This document shows, piece by piece, positions 54,964 through 64,000 of a DNA stretch of 64,000 nucleotides. The stretch spans positions 128,001 through 192,000 of the forward strand of contig CAVSMN010000009.1 of NCBI GenBank assembly GCA_963729045.1, given 5' to 3'. Within the stretch, counting starts at the first letter, position 1, and each line of letters opens with the position of its first letter. The translations under genes and the position numbers were made by a program. The notes beneath the pieces are model-generated. The model worked only from the letters and a program-made list of their open reading frames with translations, was not told the DNA's origin and did not search any database. The stretch is from an uncultured Nitrososphaeraceae archaeon (GTDB lineage Archaea > Thermoproteota > Nitrososphaeria > Nitrososphaerales > Nitrososphaeraceae).

Positions 54964-55974
54964 TTGTTTTTGCCTAATTTTGAAGAGTTAGTAATAGGCA
55001 CTGTTATCGCATCTATTATCGCTTTTCTAATAAATCTAATTTTAATGCCAAGTTTTATTAAATTTCTAAAACTCAAAGGAAAGGTTGTAAATGATAATCA
55101 CAAACCAAATAAACCCAAGGTTCCTAGACCTGGGGGGCCGATATTATTATTAAGCATTGTCATTGGGGAACTAATTTTATATTTCATTACCGGGAATCTC
55201 GAGATAGTAAGTATTTTACTTACTACGACTATTGCCTTCATAATAGGAATTATTGACGATTTTAGAATAATGCCGGGATGGTTTAAACCAGGAGCATTGA
55301 TTTTAGCCTCAATACCTCTAATTATTTTTCACATATATGATAACGAATTAAACGTGATTTTTGGGAGTGTGTTTATCCCCATCCTATACATCCCATTAAT
55401 ATTAATATCAATACCACTAGCGGGGAATACAGTAAACTCGATAGACGTATTCAACGGGGTAGCGACAGGATTCATGATTATAACGATGTTTCCAATAATA
55501 ATTAGTACCTTTTTGTTTGGAAATCTGGAAATTCTTATGATCGAGATACCATTTTTAGCGGCTTTGTTAGGATTTTATATATTTCACAAATACCCCAGTA
55601 AGATATTTCCAGGAGATTCAGGTACGCTATTGATGGGAGCTATGTATGGAGCATTAGCAATTGCGTCTAAATCAGAAATAATTGCAATCATAGCATTATT
55701 ACCAGCAATAATGAACTCATTTTTGTTCTTGAGTAGTGTAAGGAAGATTGTTGAACACAGAGAATTGAAATCTAGACCAACTATACTAAATGAAGATTAT
55801 ACACTACAGGCTTCAAAGGATAAGAACGCGCCCATAACCCTAGTTAGATTAATTTTGTTGGATGGAAAACTTTCTGAAAGAGAAATAGTCATGAAAATTT
55901 ATAAATTGGCTACCTTTTCGTCATCGCTTGCACTAATAACAATATTATTACAATTTATTATATCCAGTGGATAG
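54964..55974 (+). CDS. MraY/GPT family polyprenyl-phosphate GlcNAc-1-P transferase (AglH-like)
   Basis: D.HK...VPRPGG, GIIDD, NTVNSIDVFNG, PSKIFPGDSG. Confidence 0.88.
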   Translation: MFLPNFEELVIGTVIASIIAFLINLILMPSFIKFLKLKGKVVNDNHKPNKPKVPRPGGPILLLSIVIGELILYFITGNLEIVSILLTTTIAFIIGIIDDFRIMPGWFKPGALILASIPLIIFHIYDNELNVIFGSVFIPILYIPLILISIPLAGNTVNSIDVFNGVATGFMIITMFPIIISTFLFGNLEILMIEIPFLAALLGFYIFHKYPSKIFPGDSGTLLMGAMYGALAIASKSEIIAIIALLPAIMNSFLFLSSVRKIVEHRELKSRPTILNEDYTLQASKDKNAPITLVRLILLDGKLSEREIVMKIYKLATFSSSLALITILLQFIISSG

Positions 55975-55996
55975 AGTAGGAGGAGTAGGAGGAGAA

Positions 55997-56251
55997 ATGA
56001 ATTTTTTAGATCTCAAATTCTTTATCTTGTTTATGTGGGTGCTGGTCATGACAGCATGTATTTTTATTATTTTTGTTATAGCCCCAATCAGTAAATTTCA
56101 AATAGATCAAAATGATTCGCTATCTTTTCTAAAGACTTCATTTATTCAGGCAATATTAGCAGTTATTATAGTTGGAATTTTAATAATTGTACTGAATAAA
56201 TTTAAGAAAGTATATTTGTTAAAAAAACTTTCGGGTAAAAATAAAAGTTAA
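55997..56251 (+). CDS. Small two-TM membrane protein
   Basis: Two hydrophobic helices; AGGAG upstream of ATG. Confidence 0.6.
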   Translation: MNFLDLKFFILFMWVLVMTACIFIIFVIAPISKFQIDQNDSLSFLKTSFIQAILAVIIVGILIIVLNKFKKVYLLKKLSGKNKS

Positions 56252-56457
56252 TCTATTTCTGCAGTATAAACCTGGATTAAGTTAGAAAATCCCTTTTTCT
56301 CTACAAAATTCCAAATCTTTCCACAAATTGAACATGTTATTATATTGTCTTTAGATGAATACTCTAAGCTATAATGGCTACAACGAATTTGATACTCATA
56401 TTTGAGCGACTCTAATTCTTTAATCGTATCTATATGCCTGACAGAATTTTCTGTCAA
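56248..56457 (-). CDS. Small hypothetical protein (CxH...CxxC)
   Basis: RCSH...TCSICGKIW. Confidence 0.55.
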   Translation of the reverse strand: MTENSVRHIDTIKELESLKYEYQIRCSHYSLEYSSKDNIITCSICGKIWNFVEKKGFSNLIQVYTAEID

Positions 56458-56640
56458 TATTATTACTTAGAATCAACATAATATAATCTATTAATCATGA
56501 AAATTAATATAGTTTCAAAAAAAATAAGTGACCTATAGTCGAATTCATATAGATATAGTAATAATATTGAATAACAATGTAATAACCATTATTATTAAGA
56601 ATCTATATATATAAAATCAATAGTATAGATAGGTATAATA

Positions 56641-57717
56641 TTGAATAAATTGAATTCGGACATTAGAAAAATTCAATTTACAGGTAGATCCACATACATT
56701 TTATCATTACCCAAAAAATGGATTGAAGAAATGAATCTTAAAGCAGGTGACCATGTTTCTATCTCCCGAGGTTCAAACAATTCGCTATGTATTACTCCAG
56801 AGCAGGAGAAGAGATTACAAGACTCGACAAACGAAGTTAGCACTCAGGTATTGATTGATGAAGGTCCCAACACCCTAAAGAGAAAGATTGTTTCAATGTA
56901 TTTATCAGGATATAACCTGATAAATCTAAAAGCGAAATCTGCAAGGATTCAACCCATACAAAGAGAGGCAGTTAGAGAAGTGGTAAGAAGAAGTTTGATA
57001 GGAACAGAAATTATTGCAGATTCCTCCGATATAATTACCATCCAAGTTTTATTAACACTACCGGAACTATCAGTTAACACGGCTGTACGGAGGATGTTTC
57101 TGATTGCTTCCTCAATGCATAGAGATGCCTTAGTGGCGTTAAAAGAAAAAAATTATGATATAGCGATGGGAGTAATCAGATCGGATGATGAAGTGGATAG
57201 ATTTAGTCTCTACATATTAAGAAATCTAGTCATGGGTACTAATAATGAAAGAGTATTACAGGAAATAGGGTTAAAAAATGCCTCCGATTGTCTTAGCTAT
57301 CGAGTTACTGTAAAAAGTATCGAAAGAGTTGCTGACCATGCATCGAGAATTGCTTCAAAATCAATGGAAATTCAAAGTTTGATCCCTCCTTTGATAACCG
57401 AGAAATTGGAGAAATTGAGTAATTCTGCTTTGGAGGTTTTGACATCTGCAGTTGAGGCTTTCTTAAGAAGAGACTACAATTTGGCTGATAAAATTGCAGA
57501 TAAATCAGATAACGTTCTTGGTATTGAAAGAGAGATAATGTTGTTCTTGGATTCATTAGAAAATAAGGATATCGACAGTCACAATATCAATGCGGGAGTA
57601 AAATTAATACTTGAAGATATACGCAGAACTGTAGAACATGCAAGTGATATTGCAGAATCAGCCATGAATCAAACTGTAGGAGAGATAATTAAAGTAGAGA
57701 AAAAGGGAGAGAATTGA
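56641..57717 (+). CDS. phoU: AbrB-PhoU phosphate uptake regulator
   Basis: RKIQFTGRSTYILSLPKKW (AbrB); DDEVDRF, IERVADHA, RRTVEHASDIAE. Confidence 0.9.
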   Translation: MNKLNSDIRKIQFTGRSTYILSLPKKWIEEMNLKAGDHVSISRGSNNSLCITPEQEKRLQDSTNEVSTQVLIDEGPNTLKRKIVSMYLSGYNLINLKAKSARIQPIQREAVREVVRRSLIGTEIIADSSDIITIQVLLTLPELSVNTAVRRMFLIASSMHRDALVALKEKNYDIAMGVIRSDDEVDRFSLYILRNLVMGTNNERVLQEIGLKNASDCLSYRVTVKSIERVADHASRIASKSMEIQSLIPPLITEKLEKLSNSALEVLTSAVEAFLRRDYNLADKIADKSDNVLGIEREIMLFLDSLENKDIDSHNINAGVKLILEDIRRTVEHASDIAESAMNQTVGEIIKVEKKGEN

Positions 57718-57944
57718 AATTAGATATTGGTTTGTAGTAAAATTTGATTTATTTTAGAACAAAGACTACAGTGCATATTGCAATTATCATGAATACAAAT
57801 GGATCTAAGCGAATTACATACAAAACACCAAACTTGTTTATCCATGGAGTTAAGAAAATAACAATTATTATAAATATTATGAATAAATAATAACATTAAT
57901 TAGATAATAGATCGGAATAATATGCTATTTTAATATTAAAAATA

Positions 57945-58283
57945 TTAAATGGCAGATTCGCCTCTAGCCTTTGTTCTTATGTCTATTGCCTCCTGCACTT
58001 CCGATATGAAAATTTTGCCACCTATTTTATTACTAAGTGTATCCAATAAATTATTGACTAGTTTATCTACCACATCGTCCCTCACAACTATTTCAATTTT
58101 TGTTCTAGGAACAAATTCCGGAGTGTATTGCATAGTACCTCTCCCAATTGAAACAGGTTCGGCTTTAGATATTCCTTTTCCTTGAACTCGATAGTGACTC
58201 ATTCCTCCGATGTTATTATCCTTTAAAACGGCACCAACAGTTTGTAGTTCTCTGTCTGGAATTATTATTTCAATCTTTTTCAC
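57945..58283 (-). CDS. Nitrogen regulatory protein P-II (GlnB/GlnK family)
   Basis: KKIEIII, VQGKG, PRTKIEIVV, GGKIFISEV..AIDIRT..RGESAI. Confidence 0.93.
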   Translation of the reverse strand: MKKIEIIIPDRELQTVGAVLKDNNIGGMSHYRVQGKGISKAEPVSIGRGTMQYTPEFVPRTKIEIVVRDDVVDKLVNNLLDTLSNKIGGKIFISEVQEAIDIRTKARGESAI

Positions 58284-58470
58284 TATTATTGATCAACCAT
58301 CATATTTTTTATATAACATATTTAAAACATCAATGTGTTCACTGCATTGCAGTGAAATAGTATCATAAAATAATTGAAAAAGATAATATTTATAAAATCT
58401 ATTAACTATATTATGGGCATATTACTATATATAAATTTTAAAAGTATATTGTAAAATAGTAAAGAATGTA

Positions 58471-58523
58471 GATCGAATGTTCTGATCGAAAGACATGATC
58501 GAATGGACAGCTTTTAATAAATA
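58471..58523 (+). promoter_or_regulatory. Three GATCGAA boxes at 13-bp spacing followed by a TATA-like element; repeated in all three wHTH cassettes
   Basis: GATCGAA at 58471, 58484, 58497; TTTTAATAAATA at 58512, ~30 bp before ATG 58553. Confidence 0.6.
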
Positions 58524-58552
58524 CTTGATCTACAATGTTCTATTTGATAATA

Positions 58553-58813
58553 ATGAAATATAGAAGTAGAACAGAAATAACTGTCTTAATACTAGAAGCA
58601 GCAAATGGTGGGGCTACAAAGACAAAAATCATGTACAAATCATTCCTTTCATACGCACAGTTAAAAGAATACTTTACAATGCTAATTGAGAATGGTTCGC
58701 TAGAATATGAAAGTGGATTGTTAAATATCTATAGAACAACAGAAAAAGGCTTACGACTATTAAAGATATATAATCAGATAGAAGAAATAATACCACAAGT
58801 TCATTCAAATTAG
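58553..58813 (+). CDS. Small winged-helix regulator (HTH_45/ArnR1-like), copy 1
   Basis: MKYRSRTEI...GATKTKIMYKSFLSYAQLKEY...YRTTEKG. Confidence 0.88.
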   Translation: MKYRSRTEITVLILEAANGGATKTKIMYKSFLSYAQLKEYFTMLIENGSLEYESGLLNIYRTTEKGLRLLKIYNQIEEIIPQVHSN

Positions 58814-58899
58814 TGACGTTCATTTATTATTACATAGGCAAACTAAAACTATAGATTTTGATAAATAATAATCTCTGATTCATTGTAATTATTTTATAT

Positions 58900-59328
58900 C
58901 TATTTAACCACTAGTACCGGAATTTTACTATGATGTAATACTCGATGAGAAACACTGCCCAGTATGGCGTGTTTGAATTTCCCTCTACCTCGACTCCCTA
59001 TAGTAATATAATCAAAATTGTTTTTCTCGATATAATCAATTATTATGGACCCAACATTTTGTCCTTCCAAAAATATGGTTTCTGGTTCTAAACCATAGTT
59101 TTTTGTTCTATTAACAGCATTTTCAAGAACAATTTTGGCTTCTTTTTCTAGCTCTGCCATTATAGAGTTTACTAGTTTTTGAGATTGAATATAAACGAAA
59201 GGAGGGATTTCAAGTACATATAGGACTATCAATTTTGAGTCTAATTTGGAACTCAAGAATGAAGCATGATCTAAGGATCTCATTGAATTTTCAGAACCAT
59301 CCACTGGAGCAAGTATTCTGGAATTCAT
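58900..59328 (-). CDS. Universal stress protein
   Basis: ILAPVDGSENS...IGSRGRG...LGSVS...PVLVVK. Confidence 0.93.
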   Translation of the reverse strand: MNSRILAPVDGSENSMRSLDHASFLSSKLDSKLIVLYVLEIPPFVYIQSQKLVNSIMAELEKEAKIVLENAVNRTKNYGLEPETIFLEGQNVGSIIIDYIEKNNFDYITIGSRGRGKFKHAILGSVSHRVLHHSKIPVLVVK

Positions 59329-59444
59329 TAGATAATATGAGTGAATTCAATGATATAAATCTAATATTTGAAATATGTTCTCATAAAAAGTAAATAATTT
59401 AGGAAAAAATTTTGTATCTTAGATATAAAAATTAAAAGAATATA

Positions 59445-59720
59445 TTAAAAAATGTCTTTATTAGAGGTATTTATTGTGCTTGGGATTAATTCTTCTATCT
59501 GATTATATATCTTTAATAGTCGTAAGCCTTTTTCTGTTGTTCTATACTTTTGAGTTCCATCTTCATATTCTAACAAAGCATTCTCAATTAGCATTGTAAA
59601 GTATTCTTTTAACTGTGCGTATGAAAGGAATGATTTGTACATGATTTTTGTCTTTGTAGCCCCACCATTTGCTGCTTCTAGTATTAAGACAGTTATTTCT
59701 GTTCTACTTCTATATTTCAT
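59445..59720 (-). CDS. Small winged-helix regulator, copy 2
   Basis: As copy 1, with wing ALLEYEDGTQK. Confidence 0.88.
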   Translation of the reverse strand: MKYRSRTEITVLILEAANGGATKTKIMYKSFLSYAQLKEYFTMLIENALLEYEDGTQKYRTTEKGLRLLKIYNQIEELIPSTINTSNKDIF

Positions 59721-60112
59721 TATTATCAAATAGAACATTGTAGATCAAGTATTTATTAAAAGCTGTCCATTCGATCATGTCTTTCGATCAGAACATTCGA
59801 TCACAACAACTGACATAATAATCTATTTCATAAAAAATATGACATTTACTAATTTCGAGTTCCTTAAGTATGTAATAGAAAATCTTAATGAATTAATGTT
59901 ATTAATCTATTTAGCTATTTAGTTACGAATTTGCTGAAACCAAATTTTAGTTTATTTTACTTTGGTATAAACAAATATTCAATTAAGTTGAAATCGTTGA
60001 AATCAATATGATATATTTTAACAAGTTTGTTTTTTTCGAAAACAAGGATAAGATATGGTCTCTAGGGTTTAGATTACGATAATTATTTAAATTACAATCA
60101 GGCAATGATCTC

Positions 60113-60415
60113 ATGTCTTATGGGTCTGCTACTCCATCGGAGCCTTCAACGAAGAAACTAGTATTAATTTTTGGTATTATTGCTATAGGTGCATTTATTG
60201 TTTTGAGTATTTTTGTATTTCCTATTAAAAATTTAATCAGAGACGATGTTACTGCCGAGGTTAAAATATTAAGTAAAAATGAAGGAATTTGTGTTGTTGA
60301 TACTGCTGATCATCCTAGAGGTATTAATCAATGTCCCTACGAGGCTGGAGATATAGTAATAGTAAAATACAAAGAGGGAACTTCAGACATAATAAGTCAC
60401 GAATTAAAACTCTAA
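60113..60415 (+). CDS. Membrane-anchored hypothetical protein
   Basis: One TM plus a small two-Cys beta domain. Confidence 0.7.
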   Translation: MSYGSATPSEPSTKKLVLIFGIIAIGAFIVLSIFVFPIKNLIRDDVTAEVKILSKNEGICVVDTADHPRGINQCPYEAGDIVIVKYKEGTSDIISHELKL

Positions 60416-60463
60416 AAATAAATATATTATTTGGTTTTAGTTATTTGAGTTGAATTAAAGAAA

Positions 60464-60718
60464 TTATTTTATTGTGCTTGGGATTAATTCTTCTATCTGA
60501 TTATATATCTTTAATAGTCGTAAGCCTTTTTCTGTTGTTCTATACTTTTGAGTTCCATCTTCATATTCTAACAAAGCATTCTCAATTAGCATTGTAAAGT
60601 ATTCTTTTAACTGTGCGTATGAAAGGAATGATTTGTACATGATTTTTGTCTTTGTAGCCCCACCATTTGCTGCTTCTAGTATTAAGACAGTTATTTCTGT
60701 TCTACTTCTATATTTCAT
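60464..60718 (-). CDS. Small winged-helix regulator, copy 3 (directly downstream of cdc6)
   Basis: Identical to copy 2 except the final residues. Confidence 0.88.
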   Translation of the reverse strand: MKYRSRTEITVLILEAANGGATKTKIMYKSFLSYAQLKEYFTMLIENALLEYEDGTQKYRTTEKGLRLLKIYNQIEELIPSTIK

Positions 60719-60798
60719 TATTATCAAATAGAACATTGTTGATCAAGTATTTATTAAAAGCTGTCCATTCGATCATGTCTTTCGATCAGAACATTCGA

Positions 60799-62016
60799 TC
60801 ACAACAACATAGATAAGAAATTATCATCCTTTAGTGCTTTGGATACAGTATCAGAAGAAACAGCCATTTTTATTATTTGAGAACGGCCATACCTACCATG
60901 GCTAACGACGTTTGAAGTAATTAATCCAAGTTGATCCAATTCACTAATTATTTGAGTGACTCTTCTTTGGGTCAAAGAATCATGTTCAATCTGTTTACAT
61001 AATGAAGTATAGATATCATAAACATCTCCAGTCATACCAGTTTGAGATTTCATGATAGATAGAACAATCAATTTTGTATGTGTAGTGGAATTTTTAATGA
61101 CCTCATAATTAGTGTCTTTTTCAATCTTTTCTTGTGCTTCTCGAATATGATTTTCAGTAACCATATCAGCCCTTTCTCTTTCCGCTATTTCAGCCGCTAC
61201 TCTTAATAGATCAATTGCCTTTCTAGCGTCCCCATTTTCCTTCCCGGCCACTGCTGCACATAAATTAATCGCTGCCTGACCAATAGATCCCTCATTAAAT
61301 GCAAGTTTTGATCGATCATTTAGGATTTCTTTTAATTGAATTATTGTATATGGATTGAATATTATTTCCTCCTCACTTAGACTGCTTCTAACTCTTGGGT
61401 CTAGTTTGTCTTTAAATGTAAGACTATTAGATATTCCTATCAAAGATACAAACCCGTCTCCCAACATACGTTCATTTGCTCTAGTAAAGTTATATAAAAC
61501 ATCATCTCCATTCCTATCAACCAAGGAATCAATCTCATCTATAATTAAAACTACATGAAGATTATTTTTTTTTAAATATTCAAGAATCCTATCAGTGGCT
61601 TCGCCCATAGACAAACCAGTAAAATGAACTTTTAATTTCCTGTCGAAGCGATTAATCCCTATATCCTCCGCAATATCATATAATACCTTGTATGAAGTAT
61701 TTGAAGTCTTTGCGTTAATGATAGTAACGGTAATCTCTATTCCATGTTCTATTGATTTTTTTTTTAATCTAGTAATTACATTTTTTACAACAGCAGTTTT
61801 CCCAGTTCCAGGTTTTCCAAAAACTAAGAGATTAGAAGGTCTACCATTCTTTAATACGACTGATAATACTTGCGCGATTGTTTTAGACTCTTCGTCTCTA
61901 AATGGCAATTTTTCAGGAACATAATCGATTGTTAATGTTTTTCTATTCTTAATTAAATTAGCTCCAATAACAGCCTTATCAAATATATTATCTAAATAAT
62001 CTGAATCCATCATCAT
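60799..62016 (-). CDS. cdc6: Orc1/Cdc6 replication initiator
   Basis: YVPEKLPFRD, GKPGTGKT, IIDEID, LDPRVRSSL, GDARKAIDLLR; C-terminal wHTH with GRYGR. Confidence 0.97.
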   Translation of the reverse strand: MMMDSDYLDNIFDKAVIGANLIKNRKTLTIDYVPEKLPFRDEESKTIAQVLSVVLKNGRPSNLLVFGKPGTGKTAVVKNVITRLKKKSIEHGIEITVTIINAKTSNTSYKVLYDIAEDIGINRFDRKLKVHFTGLSMGEATDRILEYLKKNNLHVVLIIDEIDSLVDRNGDDVLYNFTRANERMLGDGFVSLIGISNSLTFKDKLDPRVRSSLSEEEIIFNPYTIIQLKEILNDRSKLAFNEGSIGQAAINLCAAVAGKENGDARKAIDLLRVAAEIAERERADMVTENHIREAQEKIEKDTNYEVIKNSTTHTKLIVLSIMKSQTGMTGDVYDIYTSLCKQIEHDSLTQRRVTQIISELDQLGLITSNVVSHGRYGRSQIIKMAVSSDTVSKALKDDNFLSMLL

Positions 62017-62049
62017 TTCTTTCCGTTAATAGTATTGATAAATCAACAC

Positions 62050-62380
62050 AGACACACCCCTATTTTTCTATTCGAATGATAAAAAGATAATGTCATGTTA
62101 ATATGCTAACTGTTATTAACATTTAATTTTAAACAGGTTAATCAATTATTTTATACATAATAATTAAATAAATTAATATAATTCTACTATCAAAATCAAT
62201 ATTAATTGCATAAGAAATAGAGGGGCCTGTGGCTTTCAAACCAAATTAACATTAATCTTAACAGTTAAAAATCATTTGATAATAAACGTGAATTAACCCC
62301 TTTATTTCCACTGGAGGAATTCTAAATTCATTCACAACGATAATAAACGTGAATTAACCCCTTTATTTCCACTGGAACTA
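62050..62380. other. Replication origin oriC: ORB boxes and an AT-rich unwinding element
   Basis: Minus-strand TCCAGTGGAAATAAAGGGGT at ~62296-62315 and ~62357-62376; degenerate ORBs at ~62054-62075 (-) and ~62206-62225 (+) flank an AT-rich tract; adjacent to cdc6. Confidence 0.9.
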
Positions 62381-62536
62381 GAAAACCTTTAAGATGGATA
62401 ATCAAATTAACTTTAGAAATATAGACATCAATAATTATGTGCTTATTTTAGTTAACAAAAACTAATCTTTTAGTTATCAATTTTTATTCCATATTGTTAA
62501 GTTAACATATGTTATCAAATTCACAGAGACGATAAA

Positions 62537-63118
62537 TTGTCCACTGGAAAAAAGAGAATAAAAATTGAATTAGAGGATGCTGAAGGTGGAAAATATAATT
62601 TATCTCTAGAAGGCAATTTATCAAAAGACAAAATTCAAAAGGTTCTTCAATTAGTGGAATCATTGAACATCTCAAAGGATGATTTAGATAATAATATCCA
62701 AATTCCTATGGAACAAAATAATAGTTTACAAAAGTATGACTTAGGACTCAATCAATCTAATAACTCGATTGGATCAAAGATATGGGCATTGATCGAAAAC
62801 AACTTTGCATTTAGTTCTTTTACATCTTCAAATGTAGCCGAATCCTATGAAGAATCATACGGTGAACAGTTACAACTTAGTCTCATATCCACTTATTTAT
62901 CAAGATATTTTGAAAAGCAAAAATTGGTAAGGAGTAAAAGAGGGAAAGAATGGATTTATAAGTTAATTAGAATTCAAAAAGATGTTATTTCGTCCGTTGG
63001 GACACCTACTACTTCTCAATCAAGTCGTTTAATGGATTCACATTACTCGGAAGATCAGGGTGAGAATGACTTTTTGAAGCAGAATGCTTTGACAACAGTT
63101 TACGACCTTCGACTGTGA
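62537..63118 (+). CDS. Hypothetical protein with a C-terminal winged-helix-like region
   Basis: FTSSNV...LSLISTYLSRY...LVRSKRGKEWIY. Confidence 0.7.
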   Translation: MSTGKKRIKIELEDAEGGKYNLSLEGNLSKDKIQKVLQLVESLNISKDDLDNNIQIPMEQNNSLQKYDLGLNQSNNSIGSKIWALIENNFAFSSFTSSNVAESYEESYGEQLQLSLISTYLSRYFEKQKLVRSKRGKEWIYKLIRIQKDVISSVGTPTTSQSSRLMDSHYSEDQGENDFLKQNALTTVYDLRL

Positions 63119-63732
63119 TAGTATACCTGAAGGGCTTTGTGCTCATATCTCTATCAACTAATTTCTCTTCAAATAATTTTTTCATTAATCTAGAAGTGTG
63201 TTCTCTAGTCCTACCTACTACTCTTTGAACCTCCCTAGTAGTCAGAGATTTATCCTCTAATTTTTTTAGGATGTATTCTATTGTACTATTCTGACGGTCT
63301 TCTTCCTGATCCACCGACTTGATAGAGTCTTGTGATGTTATGTCGTGATTAGGTAGTGATGTTTCAATTTTTGGATTGCTTACGTAGTTTTGGAATGGTG
63401 ATATTACAGAATTCTGTGACTTGATCTTGTTGTTGAGATATTATATTTTCATCTAATAATTTTATTAAACTTTGGATATCGGTTAATTTTTCGTTGGTCT
63501 TATTAGTTCTGTCATATAAGACTCTAAATTGTTCAGAAATGAGATTAGTCTTATTAATTTGATCCTTTATTTGACTTTCAAGCTGAGAGATTTTTGTTTC
63601 AATATTGTATTTCTTAAATTTTTTGTTTTTTAACTGCTTGTAAATTTCTAAAGCTAGAATTGATAATGCTATAGCTGAAACAAATGGAATTAAGGTATAA
63701 TTTAATATTAGTGATGCAATATCTATGCTCAC
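63009..63732 (-). CDS. TM + coiled-coil + winged-helix protein, probably one gene frameshifted at ~63430
   Basis: Alternative frame KIKSQNSVISPF...SIKSVDQEED is open into ORF 63009..63314 (GRTREHTSRLMKKL...PFRY). Confidence 0.65.
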
Positions 63733-63812
63733 ATATAATTTAGCAATACAGTGTGATATAACTTTATTGTATGTGATAATTTGACATTTAATATTATAAA
63801 CTTAGTGATATA

Positions 63813-63959
63813 TCACATATCGATTATTCTATTAATCAAATCTTCTATTACATTTATCACATTAGTTATCTCTTTATCGTGATATTTAGCGTGATTGTCT
63901 TCAAGCATTCTAAGCTTGATTAACATGGAGTTTAAGGCGGTAATTTGATCATCTTTCAT
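63813..63959 (-). CDS. Small hypothetical protein
   Basis: MKDDQITALNSMLIKL..., amphipathic helices. Confidence 0.4.
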   Translation of the reverse strand: MKDDQITALNSMLIKLRMLEDNHAKYHDKEITNVINVIEDLINRIIDM

Positions 63960-64000
63960 TACATTTATTAGATTTAGTAGTAGGATGGAATAGAACAATT

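Larger units (their letters stand above)
59470..60808. repeat. 341-bp direct repeats (59470-59810 and 60468-60808), with an inverted third copy at 58471-58786
   Basis: Manual alignment; offset 998 bp; one mismatch seen between copies 2 and 3. Confidence 0.95.

Noticed and set aside
58471..60808. Diversity-generating retroelement or IS/MITE explaining the wHTH copies
   Set aside because: Differences are not adenine-specific and include an indel; no reverse transcriptase, transposase, terminal inverted repeats or target duplications seen.
62278..62376. Mini CRISPR (38-bp repeat with 23-bp spacer)
   Set aside because: The repeats contain the ORB consensus and sit next to cdc6.

Overview
AT-rich archaeal chromosome segment. 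Gene content (cdc6/orc1 with ORB boxes, GINS, Hel308, Lsm, intron-containing tRNA, urea transporter, cupredoxins, many secreted hypotheticals) points to an ammonia-oxidising Nitrososphaerota member, probably Nitrosocosmicus-like; this is inferred, not searched. Left to right: end of a urea-uptake locus (UT channel, a 5'-truncated DUR3-USP fusion, Lrp regulator); an accessory region with decayed genes; a region 3' of tRNA-Pro carrying a 721-aa class III nucleotidyl cyclase / middle domain / SAM-methyltransferase fusion; a core block (ahbAB, Cld/ChdC-like, sufC, GINS, glnA, tRNA-Val); a second accessory stretch; Hel308, znuA/znuB, NikR-like regulator, tRNA-Thr, Lsm, GPT/AglH-like, PhoU, P-II; three near-identical promoter+winged-helix cassettes in inverted and direct orientation; cdc6 and the replication origin. 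Many single-base frameshifts, including one in glnA, suggest indel errors in the assembly, so pseudogene calls resting on one indel are uncertain. All family assignments come from motif recognition by eye.
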